Virus record (IMG/VR): IMGVR_UViG_3300036801_000157
Coordinates: 1 to 62,439 of that record
Reading direction: 5' to 3' (one strand)
Length of the DNA stretch: 62,439 bases
Origin: a virus
Taxonomy: Duplodnaviria; Caudoviricetes
The notes beneath the pieces are model-generated. The model saw nothing but the letters and a program-made list of their open reading frames with translations. It did no database searches and had not been told where the DNA came from. A program made the position numbers and the translations under genes. How positions within the stretch are numbered: the stretch's first letter is position 1; every line of letters starts with the position of its first letter. Of the stretch, positions 1-7,426 are shown piece by piece.

Positions 1-479
1 GCTCGCAATTCCGCCGTCTCGACCGAGCGTGCGCGGCGGGCTGCAGCCTCGGCCTCCTCACGCAGCCGCTGCGCTTCCAATTGCTGCTTGCGGGCAGCGG
101 CGGCCTCGGCCTCGCGGCGGGCACGCTCTTCTGCTAATTGTTTTTGTTTGAATCCATCGAGCCGTACGCGGAGCTGCTCGCGTCTGGCGGTCAGCGGCTC
201 GATCAGACCCTTGGTGAACCATGCGAAAACGGCATCTCCGGCGCGCAGATGCGGCTCTTTTTCAGCCACGCGATGCGCCGTGGTCCGTCCTATAAGATCG
301 TGCAGCTTTTTGATCGCGCTCGCCACTTGCTCCACGTCTTTGCTGCTCTCGATGATCGAAGGCAGCGCCTCGGTATCGTCCAGCGCCGCCTGGGCGTTGG
401 TCTTCAGCTCGGCGTAATCAAGCTCGAGCCGCTCCGGAATGGTTTCGGCATACGATGCAATGTTGTGACCCATGCTCAT
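1..479 (-). CDS. Phage coiled-coil hypothetical protein, truncated by the window edge
   Basis: Read by hand (not in the ORF track): ATG at 479, GAGGAG RBS upstream; MSMGHNIASYAETIPERLELDY...AEKEPHLRAG...EERARREAEAAA; open to position 1. Confidence 0.7.
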   Translation of the reverse strand, partial: MSMGHNIASYAETIPERLELDYAELKTNAQAALDDTEALPSIIESSKDVEQVASAIKKLHDLIGRTTAHRVAEKEPHLRAGDAVFAWFTKGLIEPLTARREQLRVRLDGFKQKQLAEERARREAEAAAARKQQLEAQRLREEAEAAARRARSVETAELR

Positions 480-612
480 TATTATTTGCTCCTCATCGGT
501 GACTGCGTTTAGGCCAACTTGGCCAGAAAGGCAAGACTAAAATTGGCGCCATCTTGAAATTTCTTGCCAGATGGTGCCTATTGTCTAGCCGTATTCAAAA
601 GGAGAATTTTGC

Positions 613-1368
613 ATGGCAAGACCATCAGAAGCATTCAACGAAGCCCCGAAGCGCCGCGGCCGGCCGCCGCTGATTCGAACCGCCTTTGAACCACCCAAGC
701 GCCGGGGCAGGCCGCCAAAGATTGAACCCGCCATCGAAGCACCGAAGCGCCGCGGGCGCCCCCCGCTGGCACGTGCCGATATCGAAGCGACACCCAAGCG
801 CCGGGGTCGGCCGCCACGTGTCGGCATTGAAGCCGAACCGCCGAAGCGCCGGGGCAGGCCGCCGCTCGCCAAGGAACTGGCGCCCAAGCGGCGTGGCAGG
901 CCACCTGCGCCACGTGTCGACAAGGACGACAAGTCGGTCGACATGGCTTTCCCGCTGATCGGCAGGAACGATCTCCGCAGGCTCCTCGAAGAGGCCGCGA
1001 TCCTCGGCAATCGGGCATCCAGCGCCAACGGATCGAGAAACGAACTGGTTGGTGAATACGTCAAGAACAAGCACCTTCACGCCGGGGCATTCCGCATCAT
1101 TTCGCGCTGGGCGAAGCTGGGCGAGGACGATCCGCAAAAGCTGTGGCTGGAACTTGCGCACCTTGATGACATGAGATCGAAGGCCGGAATCGACAGGATA
1201 GCCAAGGCGCAGGGCCAGTTGCTGCCGGCGATCGCCGACGAGGCTGAAGACGCTAAAGAGGCCGCCGAGGCTAAAGAGGCCGACGCTGAAACAGGGGCAG
1301 AGCAGAAAGACGACAAGGCGAGGAATTATCCTCGCGAGGTCGAGGAACGCGCCGGGGATGCCGCATGA
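613..1368 (+). CDS. AT-hook repeat DNA-binding protein with helical C-terminal domain
   Basis: Six PKRRGRPP motifs; AGGAG RBS; acidic tail. Confidence 0.75.
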   Translation: MARPSEAFNEAPKRRGRPPLIRTAFEPPKRRGRPPKIEPAIEAPKRRGRPPLARADIEATPKRRGRPPRVGIEAEPPKRRGRPPLAKELAPKRRGRPPAPRVDKDDKSVDMAFPLIGRNDLRRLLEEAAILGNRASSANGSRNELVGEYVKNKHLHAGAFRIISRWAKLGEDDPQKLWLELAHLDDMRSKAGIDRIAKAQGQLLPAIADEAEDAKEAAEAKEADAETGAEQKDDKARNYPREVEERAGDAA

Positions 1369-1391
1369 TAGGGGGAGTGGAGGGCGGCAGA

Positions 1392-1586
1392 ATGAAATCA
1401 AAACGACAATACGATCCACTTGATCTATGGCCAGCGCGCCCGACGGCAACCGCCCTCAACCTACCGACAAATATGACGCGAGCACAATTGGAAGCGATCG
1501 CCCGCAAGCTCGCAATACTTCATACGCTCACAAGATCAGGAAGAAAGCGCAAGCGGATAAAGCGTCCGAGCGGAGGGCAGAAATGA
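1392..1586 (+). CDS. Small basic hypothetical protein
   Basis: GGAGG upstream; ATGA overlap with the next gene. Confidence 0.5.
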   Translation: MKSKRQYDPLDLWPARPTATALNLPTNMTRAQLEAIARKLAILHTLTRSGRKRKRIKRPSGGQK

Positions 1587-2590
1587 AATTAATACCGCAT
1601 AAGAAGAATTTCGGACTCCATGTTCCTGGCCAACTCACGAAAGTTGGCTGGAGCATTCCTAAGAACATTTCACAAGATGAATGGCTCGCCTGCGGTGCAG
1701 CCTTATGTCAAATCGAGACCGGCGTGCAATGGTGGATCGGTGACTGGTGGATTATCGGCGAGAATCGACAATGGGGCGAGGGCGAGGAGACAGCCGAAAA
1801 ATTCGGTTGGAATTATGACACGGTTCGAACCTATGGCTCGGTCGCTCGCGCCTTCCAATTGTCGATTCGAATCGACAATTTGACGTTTCGCCACCACCGA
1901 CTAGCTATGGCTGAATCTGATCAACGCAAGCGGTTGGTATGGTTGCGCCGCGCCGAGAAGGAAGGCTGGTCAACCAACCAACTAAAGGCGGCAATCGCTC
2001 GCCAAGCCGCTCTCGACAAGACCGCGCAAATCGACTTCGACGCCAAGGCGATCGGCAAGTTTGCCGTAATCTATGCCGATCCGCCCTGGCGATACGAACA
2101 CCCACCGATGGGCGGATCAAACCGCTCGATCGAGAATCAATACCCGACCATGGTGCTAGAAGAGATCATGGCGTTGCCAGTCTCCGACATCATACACGAC
2201 GATGCAGTGCTGTTCCTGTGGGCGACCAGCCCGAAGCTCTATGAGTGTATGCGGGTGCTCGATGCCTGGGGCATGGAGCACCGCACTACAATGGTCTGGG
2301 TCAAAGGTGATATTGGCATGGGCTATCACGTGCGCGAGCGGCACGAGATACTTCTGATCGCCAAGCATGGCGAGCTGCCACCGCCGGTACCAGATGCGCG
2401 CCCGGATTCCGTTGTCGAGGCGCCGCGGTTGGAACACAGCGCCAAGCCGCCGATCTTTTATGATCTCATAGATCAAATGTATCCCGACATTCGCAAGATC
2501 GAATTGTTCGGTCGCAACTGCGCCGGCCGGCCACTCTGGACGTTCTGGGGCAATCAAGCAGTGGCGCCGTTGCAGGAAGCGGCAGAATGA
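1583..2590 (+). CDS. MT-A70 family N6-adenine methyltransferase with N-terminal LmbU-like (WWIGDW) domain
   Basis: VIYADPPW catalytic motif, LFLWAT, HE.LLIA, EHSAKP, KIELFGR; start re-assigned to ATG 1583. Confidence 0.9.
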   Translation: MKLIPHKKNFGLHVPGQLTKVGWSIPKNISQDEWLACGAALCQIETGVQWWIGDWWIIGENRQWGEGEETAEKFGWNYDTVRTYGSVARAFQLSIRIDNLTFRHHRLAMAESDQRKRLVWLRRAEKEGWSTNQLKAAIARQAALDKTAQIDFDAKAIGKFAVIYADPPWRYEHPPMGGSNRSIENQYPTMVLEEIMALPVSDIIHDDAVLFLWATSPKLYECMRVLDAWGMEHRTTMVWVKGDIGMGYHVRERHEILLIAKHGELPPPVPDARPDSVVEAPRLEHSAKPPIFYDLIDQMYPDIRKIELFGRNCAGRPLWTFWGNQAVAPLQEAAE

Positions 2591-3027
2591 ATGACGACGA
2601 CAAAGACAAAGATCGCATCAGCCGCGGACGCGTTCCAGATTTTGACATTGACCGAGCGAATGGCGCGCAAGCCGAGTTATGGGTGCTAGACATCTGTAAG
2701 ACAATGTCGAAAGGAAAGGGAGAGATTGAAGTCAAAGCGCCAAAGCCATTTCTCCGTCGCGGCAGCCCTTACATTGAATATTCCTGCAAGCATAAGGATG
2801 GACAATGGCATCCATCCGGGATCGCAACATCAAAGGCAAAATTGTGGGCGATCAAGTTCGGCTCGCTGCCGGGCATGCTCGTGATTGAGACCGCTTGGCT
2901 GAAACGAGCAGCGCGATTGGCCTACGAAAAGAAACAATTCCTCGAAGAATCCGACGGCGACAATCCCACCAAGGGTGTGTACGTCACATTCAAGAATTTA
3001 TGGGACGCGAAAGAACACGAGCCATGA
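2587..3027 (+). CDS. Hypothetical protein, possible PD-(D/E)xK fold
   Basis: Coupled to the MTase (ATGA); EIEVK and YIEY motifs. Confidence 0.55.
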   Translation: MNDDDKDKDRISRGRVPDFDIDRANGAQAELWVLDICKTMSKGKGEIEVKAPKPFLRRGSPYIEYSCKHKDGQWHPSGIATSKAKLWAIKFGSLPGMLVIETAWLKRAARLAYEKKQFLEESDGDNPTKGVYVTFKNLWDAKEHEP

Positions 3028-3302
3028 CGAACACTGACCGCGATCCTGATTTTCCCAATCTTCCGCACATCCCGGACGACATCCGCTGTTTTTGGAGTGA
3101 GAACGAAAAGTTCACACGCCATTGCCAGGAGATCGAGGAGAACGCATTGCTATTCAATCAGCGGCTTCGTGACGGCATGCCCCCTGTAGATGCGGCCAAG
3201 TTACCGATCCCATGGATGAACCGCCATAGCTTCAGTGAGCTATTGAAGATGCAGGCGGCGGCACGAGCAAAACTGCGCAAACAAACAGAGCAAAATAAAT
3301 GA
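3024..3302 (+). CDS. Hypothetical protein
   Basis: ATGA-coupled at both ends. Confidence 0.55.
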   Translation: MTNTDRDPDFPNLPHIPDDIRCFWSENEKFTRHCQEIEENALLFNQRLRDGMPPVDAAKLPIPWMNRHSFSELLKMQAAARAKLRKQTEQNK

Positions 3303-3553
3303 AGTGGATCGCCAAGCTCTACTACATGATGCGCGCCAACGGCCGCAAGATCATTCCGGCGCACCGCAAATACCACGAGCGCATCGCCGTCAATTCGATG
3401 GACAAGGAACAGGCCGAATCCTATGTCACACGCGCGCGTATGCGGTCCAGACTGTTGATGGCGCAGCGGGAGGCCGAGATCGAGGCCGGCGTCGAGCATC
3501 ATTCGCCGGCGATGGCGATGGACGTAGCGCGAGAACGTGTGAACCAGCCATGA
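3299..3553 (+). CDS. Hypothetical protein
   Basis: ATGA-coupled chain. Confidence 0.55.
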   Translation: MKWIAKLYYMMRANGRKIIPAHRKYHERIAVNSMDKEQAESYVTRARMRSRLLMAQREAEIEAGVEHHSPAMAMDVARERVNQP

Positions 3554-3711
3554 GACGAGATCGGAAAGACGACGACCACGACGAGGCTTCACCCGAGCAC
3601 GTGCTGCGCACCGATCATGCCGTTCTCGAACGAACGACCGAAAAATTCTTGCTGCTGTTGCGGCGGGAATGGAGGCGGGCGCAGAAGGAAAAGGAGATCG
3701 CGGCGCAATGA
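3550..3711 (+). CDS. Small hypothetical protein
   Basis: ATGA-coupled chain (MRRDRKDD...). Confidence 0.45.
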   Translation: MRRDRKDDDHDEASPEHVLRTDHAVLERTTEKFLLLLRREWRRAQKEKEIAAQ

Positions 3712-4073
3712 TCGACCTGTGGGCGGATCATGCCAACGTGCGCGCCGTCAACGTGATGATGCTGCTTGCCAAGATGCGGCTTGAAGCTGGGAGATCGCCG
3801 GCGCCCTGGTATCGGGCCGCCGGGCAACACCTCGCGCGCCTGCGCCGCGGGCGGGGCAAGAGCAAATGGGCACAACTTGTGCGCGACGAATGCGGGATCG
3901 GCACCAGTCGCGCTTTCGAACTGATCGCGCTCGGGCGAGGCAAGGCTCTCGCGGAGGCCCGCGCGGAGAATTCCGGTAGAGTTAAAAAGTCACGCAGCTG
4001 CAAAGCGTTACCTGGTCCAAGGGGCCCCAGGAAGACGGCAAATCGCCGCTCTGGCACAGATTCCAAGCATTGA
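3708..4073 (+). CDS. DUF3102-like helical protein
   Basis: AAGQHLARL...KWAQLVRDECGIGTSRAFELIAL pattern. Confidence 0.55.
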   Translation: MIDLWADHANVRAVNVMMLLAKMRLEAGRSPAPWYRAAGQHLARLRRGRGKSKWAQLVRDECGIGTSRAFELIALGRGKALAEARAENSGRVKKSRSCKALPGPRGPRKTANRRSGTDSKH

Positions 4074-4111
4074 TTATATTGACGTTTTCCTGTCGCGGAC
4101 GGGGCTCGAAG

Positions 4112-4621
4112 GTGGCCAACGACGAGGTCCAGCTCGCTTTGATCGCCGAGGCCGCGCCGCTCCGGGTGGCCGCCAAGCCATTCGTCGTCTTCGAGATTGC
4201 CGGCGAGCCGAAGGCCTGGGGCCGGCCGGGCGCAACCATTCGTTGGGCTAGTGGTCGACCGTTCATCCACTGGTATGTATCGGCGCCAGAGGCCGCCTAC
4301 AGGACCGCAGTAGCTTGGTGCGCCAAGAGTGCCATGAAGGGCCGAAAGCCCACCAGCGAGCCCGTGGCGCTGCTGGCGCATGCCTTCGTTGGCATTCCTC
4401 CAAGCTGGCATTGGCTCACCAAGCAAAAAGCGCGTTCTGGCGCGCTGTTGCCGACCGGAAAACCAGACCACGACAATTTTCTGAAACTTCTCTGCGATGC
4501 CTTGCGCGGAATTGTTTGGCTCGATGATGCCGCCGTCGTCGATGGCCGATGCATTAAACGATTCAGCGATCGACCAGCACTTAGATGCGAGGTCAGAGAA
4601 TTCACTTCGTCGCTAAAATGA
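4112..4621 (+). CDS. rusA: RusA family Holliday junction resolvase
   Basis: GEPKAWGRP, KPDHDNFLKLLCDAL, VWLDDAAVV motifs; probable GTG start. Confidence 0.9.
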   Translation: MANDEVQLALIAEAAPLRVAAKPFVVFEIAGEPKAWGRPGATIRWASGRPFIHWYVSAPEAAYRTAVAWCAKSAMKGRKPTSEPVALLAHAFVGIPPSWHWLTKQKARSGALLPTGKPDHDNFLKLLCDALRGIVWLDDAAVVDGRCIKRFSDRPALRCEVREFTSSLK

Positions 4622-4653
4622 AAACGGGCCGCGTTTGGATCGCGACCCGCTTC
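4621..4653 (-). terminator. Hairpin terminator closing array 1 (possibly bidirectional with rusA)
   Basis: GCGGGTCGCG-loop-CGCGGCCCGT followed by TTTT on the minus strand. Confidence 0.6.
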
Positions 4654-4660
4654 ATTCATT

Positions 4661-5806
4661 ACTGCCTTGCGTTGCCCAGCCTTTCCGGACCGGACCACGC
4701 CAAGCCTCACCCGATCACATCTCGCCACAACCGGACAGACCGCGCCTGCCGAACCAAGCCTAGCCACGCCATGTCGCATCCCGCCCCACTACGCCATGTC
4801 GCACCCCGCCACGCCTGCCAAGCCTGATCAAGCCTGTTCGAATCGAGTCGAGACATGCCATATCCCCGCCGCGCCTGCCTTCCATGCCAAATTTAACGCT
4901 GCCGAACGGACCTCGCCATATCGCGCCTGCCTTCCATGCCGCGCCCAATTCGACCCAACCACACCGGAACCTGTCGCACCCGACCATGTTTAGCCGAGCC
5001 GCGCCTGCCTGACCCAGCCTCTGCTCGCCGAACCCGGTCTAGGCTAGTGTTGCCACGCCTGCCATACCGACCGGAACTTATCTTGTCGCGCCCAGCCAAT
5101 CCCCGTCCCGTCTCGCCATGCCTGCCACGCCATGCCTTGCCTCACCCGACCGCACCGGGCCGTACCCTGTCCCACCGAACCATGCCGCACCGAACCATGC
5201 CGCGCCTTGCCGGACCCAACCGCGCCTGCCTCGCCACGCCCCGCCTGACCGTATTCAGCCCAGACGAACCTTACCCGACCCGACCACGCGCGCCGCGCCT
5301 GCCTCGCCCTACCTTGCCTCGTTACACCCAACCTTGCCAAACCCAATCCCACCTCGCCATTCCTGCCACGCTTGCCGGGCCTATCCTCGACCGACCTAGC
5401 CTTGTATCGCCAAGCTATATCAAGCCCCGCCTGCCAGACCTCGCCATGCCACGCCGGACCTTGTCTTACCTAGTTCCACCCCACCTCGCCTCGCCACGAT
5501 GCGACGCGCCATACCGCTCCTGCCATGCATGTCCATGCCTCGCCTCACGGCGCCCAGCCGGACCTCACCTCATCGGGACTTGCCCCGCCTGCCTTCCTTG
5601 CCTTGCCATGCCTTATTGCACCCGGCCCAGACACGCCCCATCTCGACTTACCGATCCTGCCATGCCCAGCCCAGCCTCACCTTTCCAGACCATGCCGTGC
5701 CACGCCCCACCTTGACTATCCGTGCAAGACCAAGCCCCGCCTGCCATAGATCACCGCGCCCGCGATTGCGCCGAGCGTTGCGCTGCCAATCCGCACCGTG
5801 CCTGCC
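4661..5806 (-). ncRNA. Array 1: about 15-16 GGCAGG-delimited units of GGY-NN pentamers (putative gapped guide RNAs)
   Basis: On + strand CCTGCC delimiters end at 4750, 4819, 4879, 4931, 5009, 5063, 5126, 5230, 5303, 5367, 5435, 5524, 5593, 5661, 5745, 5806; between them a 5-nt NN-RCC period; ORFs across it are low-complexity shadows. Confidence 0.9.
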
Positions 5807-5860
5807 GAGCTTTTTCCGCTTCATAGATGCGGTGGCCCACGCGAGGAGCGCCTCGCGCCG
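5796..5860 (-). promoter_or_regulatory. Conserved structured leader of array 1
   Basis: 51/65 ungapped identity by hand to 7682-7746; CCGC-loop-GCGG hairpin. Confidence 0.75.
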
Positions 5861-5866
5861 CGGAAT

Positions 5867-6352
5867 TTATGCAGCGAGTCGTTGCTCCAAATCGATCAGT
5901 TCTTGAAGCATCCGCTGCAATAAACCAGACAAACCTGGATGTCTCGAATCGAGCATATGCGTAACATCACGCGCGCGTTCGATCGAACTCTTACAACGCA
6001 TAACTTCAGCCAGCACAATGCGTTCAGCCGCGCTGCGATTGATTGATGTGGCTGTGATCGGAACATGGCCGGCTTCGTTGTCGCGACGATCCGGATTTGA
6101 GACGTAATACGGCGAAACTATTCGCATCGATTCGTGAACGACTGTAACTGTTATGAATCGAATTAGTTCACCAGCCCGATCGAGCCGTTGCTTGTGCGCC
6201 GCCTTTCGGTCATCCCAAATAAATTCTGAATGCAATACATGCCGCGCTGGACGAGCAGCGCGGACGATGTCCTCTCGCTTCAGCACGCCGCCGTTCGCCT
6301 CGCGGATTTGCTCCAGCGCGTCGCGGATTTGATCATCTCTGCGCGATGCCAT
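5867..6352 (-). CDS. Accessory protein of the RAMP/array system (161 aa)
   Basis: Overlaps the RAMP stop codon (TAATG); GVL..EDIVRAAR...LHSEFIWDD.KAA...RL..A.ELIR motif; lies between RAMP gene and array 1. Confidence 0.8.
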   Translation of the reverse strand: MASRRDDQIRDALEQIREANGGVLKREDIVRAARPARHVLHSEFIWDDRKAAHKQRLDRAGELIRFITVTVVHESMRIVSPYYVSNPDRRDNEAGHVPITATSINRSAAERIVLAEVMRCKSSIERARDVTHMLDSRHPGLSGLLQRMLQELIDLEQRLAA

Positions 6353-7242
6353 TATTCAATCCCCACATATTCTGCCTCGCCCTTGCCATCAAGCTTTTCA
6401 AGAATCACTGGGCCTTTCGGCATCGGCCGACGCTTGCCTTTGCGGTCCACCAGTTCATGATCCTCGGCATCGATAAGCTGGCCAAGCATCTCGCGCCGCG
6501 CGACTTCTTCGGAAAACCAAGTCAGTAGTTCTTCGGTGTTTTCATCGAAAAATCCAGGTGATTTGAACGCCTTGTCCTGCGCCGTGCGCGCTTGGGTCTT
6601 GACGATGCGCTTGAAATCAGCATTATTGGATTCGACGACATCGTAAGCGCCGAATGGTCCGCCTTTCTGGCCACGCCAATCGCCGATGCCGACGATCTTG
6701 CCGGCGGCGCCAAAGAGATTCACGACGGTTCGCTCTGTCAGGATGCCTCGGATGTAGCGAAAGGTGATCGTGCCGCACCACTCCGGAAAGATCGGCCGTG
6801 TGCGAACGTCCGGCGTGCGATTCTGGTCAGAATTGCGCACCATTGCGCAATAAATTTCTGGCGTGCCATATAGGTTTACCTGCAATTCTACGATCTTGGT
6901 GAGCCGCTCGATTTTGGCTTTTGCCGTTCCTGGAATGTCGAGCGCGACCGCCGACAATGCGCCGTGAAATGCGCCGGACGGAACGTGAATGAGCGTCTTC
7001 TCTTTCAGATCGCGGTTGACATAAAGCGCGCCTCTGAACTCAGCAGGCGGATCGTGCTTGAGGCTCTGTTCCAGCCCAGCCCGGTTCTGCCTGATGCTTG
7101 GGAACAGCAATTCCCGCCAAGCCTTTGCGGCAAATCTATTCATGATCATCGGAGACGTGCCGAGGAAGTTCATCGTCACTTCGTCGATCTTGATCTCCTG
7201 GATTTCGAGCTGCGCCTCTTCTTTTTTCCTCTTCGGTGCCAT
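6352..7242 (-). CDS. RAMP/Cas7-like RNA-binding protein (putative Vipr-type effector)
   Basis: N-terminal LGTSPMI strand; IHVPSGAFHGAL (cf. RAMP IP.SS.KGAL); Gly-rich loop GIGDWRGQKGGPFG; flanked by arrays; no cas genes in the window. Confidence 0.8.
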   Translation of the reverse strand: MAPKRKKEEAQLEIQEIKIDEVTMNFLGTSPMIMNRFAAKAWRELLFPSIRQNRAGLEQSLKHDPPAEFRGALYVNRDLKEKTLIHVPSGAFHGALSAVALDIPGTAKAKIERLTKIVELQVNLYGTPEIYCAMVRNSDQNRTPDVRTRPIFPEWCGTITFRYIRGILTERTVVNLFGAAGKIVGIGDWRGQKGGPFGAYDVVESNNADFKRIVKTQARTAQDKAFKSPGFFDENTEELLTWFSEEVARREMLGQLIDAEDHELVDRKGKRRPMPKGPVILEKLDGKGEAEYVGIE

Positions 7243-7282
7243 TTGGTGTTGTCCTTGCTAGACATCGGCCGATTTAGCCGCG

Positions 7283-7318
7283 CGGCCACTATTGCCAAAT
7301 AATCCAGCGTTTGACAAG
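7283..7318 (-). promoter_or_regulatory. Putative sigma70-type promoter for the RAMP operon
   Basis: CTTGTCAA-N14-GGCAA-TAGT-GGCCG, same layout as 15625, 28531 and 40921. Confidence 0.6.
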
Positions 7319-7322
7319 CCAC

Positions 7323-7370
7323 AAAAAAAAAGGCCCGCAGCCGGCGCAAGGATAAACCGGCTACGAGCCC
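7323..7370 (-). terminator. Rho-independent terminator downstream of array 2
   Basis: GGGCTCGTAGCCGG...CCGGCTGCGGGCC stem followed by T9. Confidence 0.85.
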
Positions 7371-7426
7371 TGTGGGCCAAATCCGCGACGGGATCGTGCG
7401 GCTTGGCGGCACCTAAAGTGTTAATA

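Noticed and set aside
4820-5126. Decodings of five short or irregular units
   Set aside because: Only weak resemblance to window genes (e.g. DGGF, IYEA); needs a database search
5368-5435. Unit match to GLIFDN in the head-tail adaptor (about 24235-24252)
   Set aside because: Six consecutive pairs match but the rest do not; compatible with chance given the number of units tried
5525-5661. Unit matches to amidase ISSGHG and helicase ILARPTKS
   Set aside because: Partial, would change conserved residues, and alternative readings fit about as well
4661-5806. Canonical CRISPR array
   Set aside because: No 23-50-nt identical direct repeats with unique spacers; the constant element is 6-10 nt and the insides are 5-nt periodic
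4667-5906. Pro/Arg/Cys-rich ORFs over array 1 (e.g. 4936-5715) and similar ORFs over arrays 2-4
   Set aside because: Products of a stop-poor 5-nt periodic repeat; no RBS or domain, and the period is incompatible with codon structure
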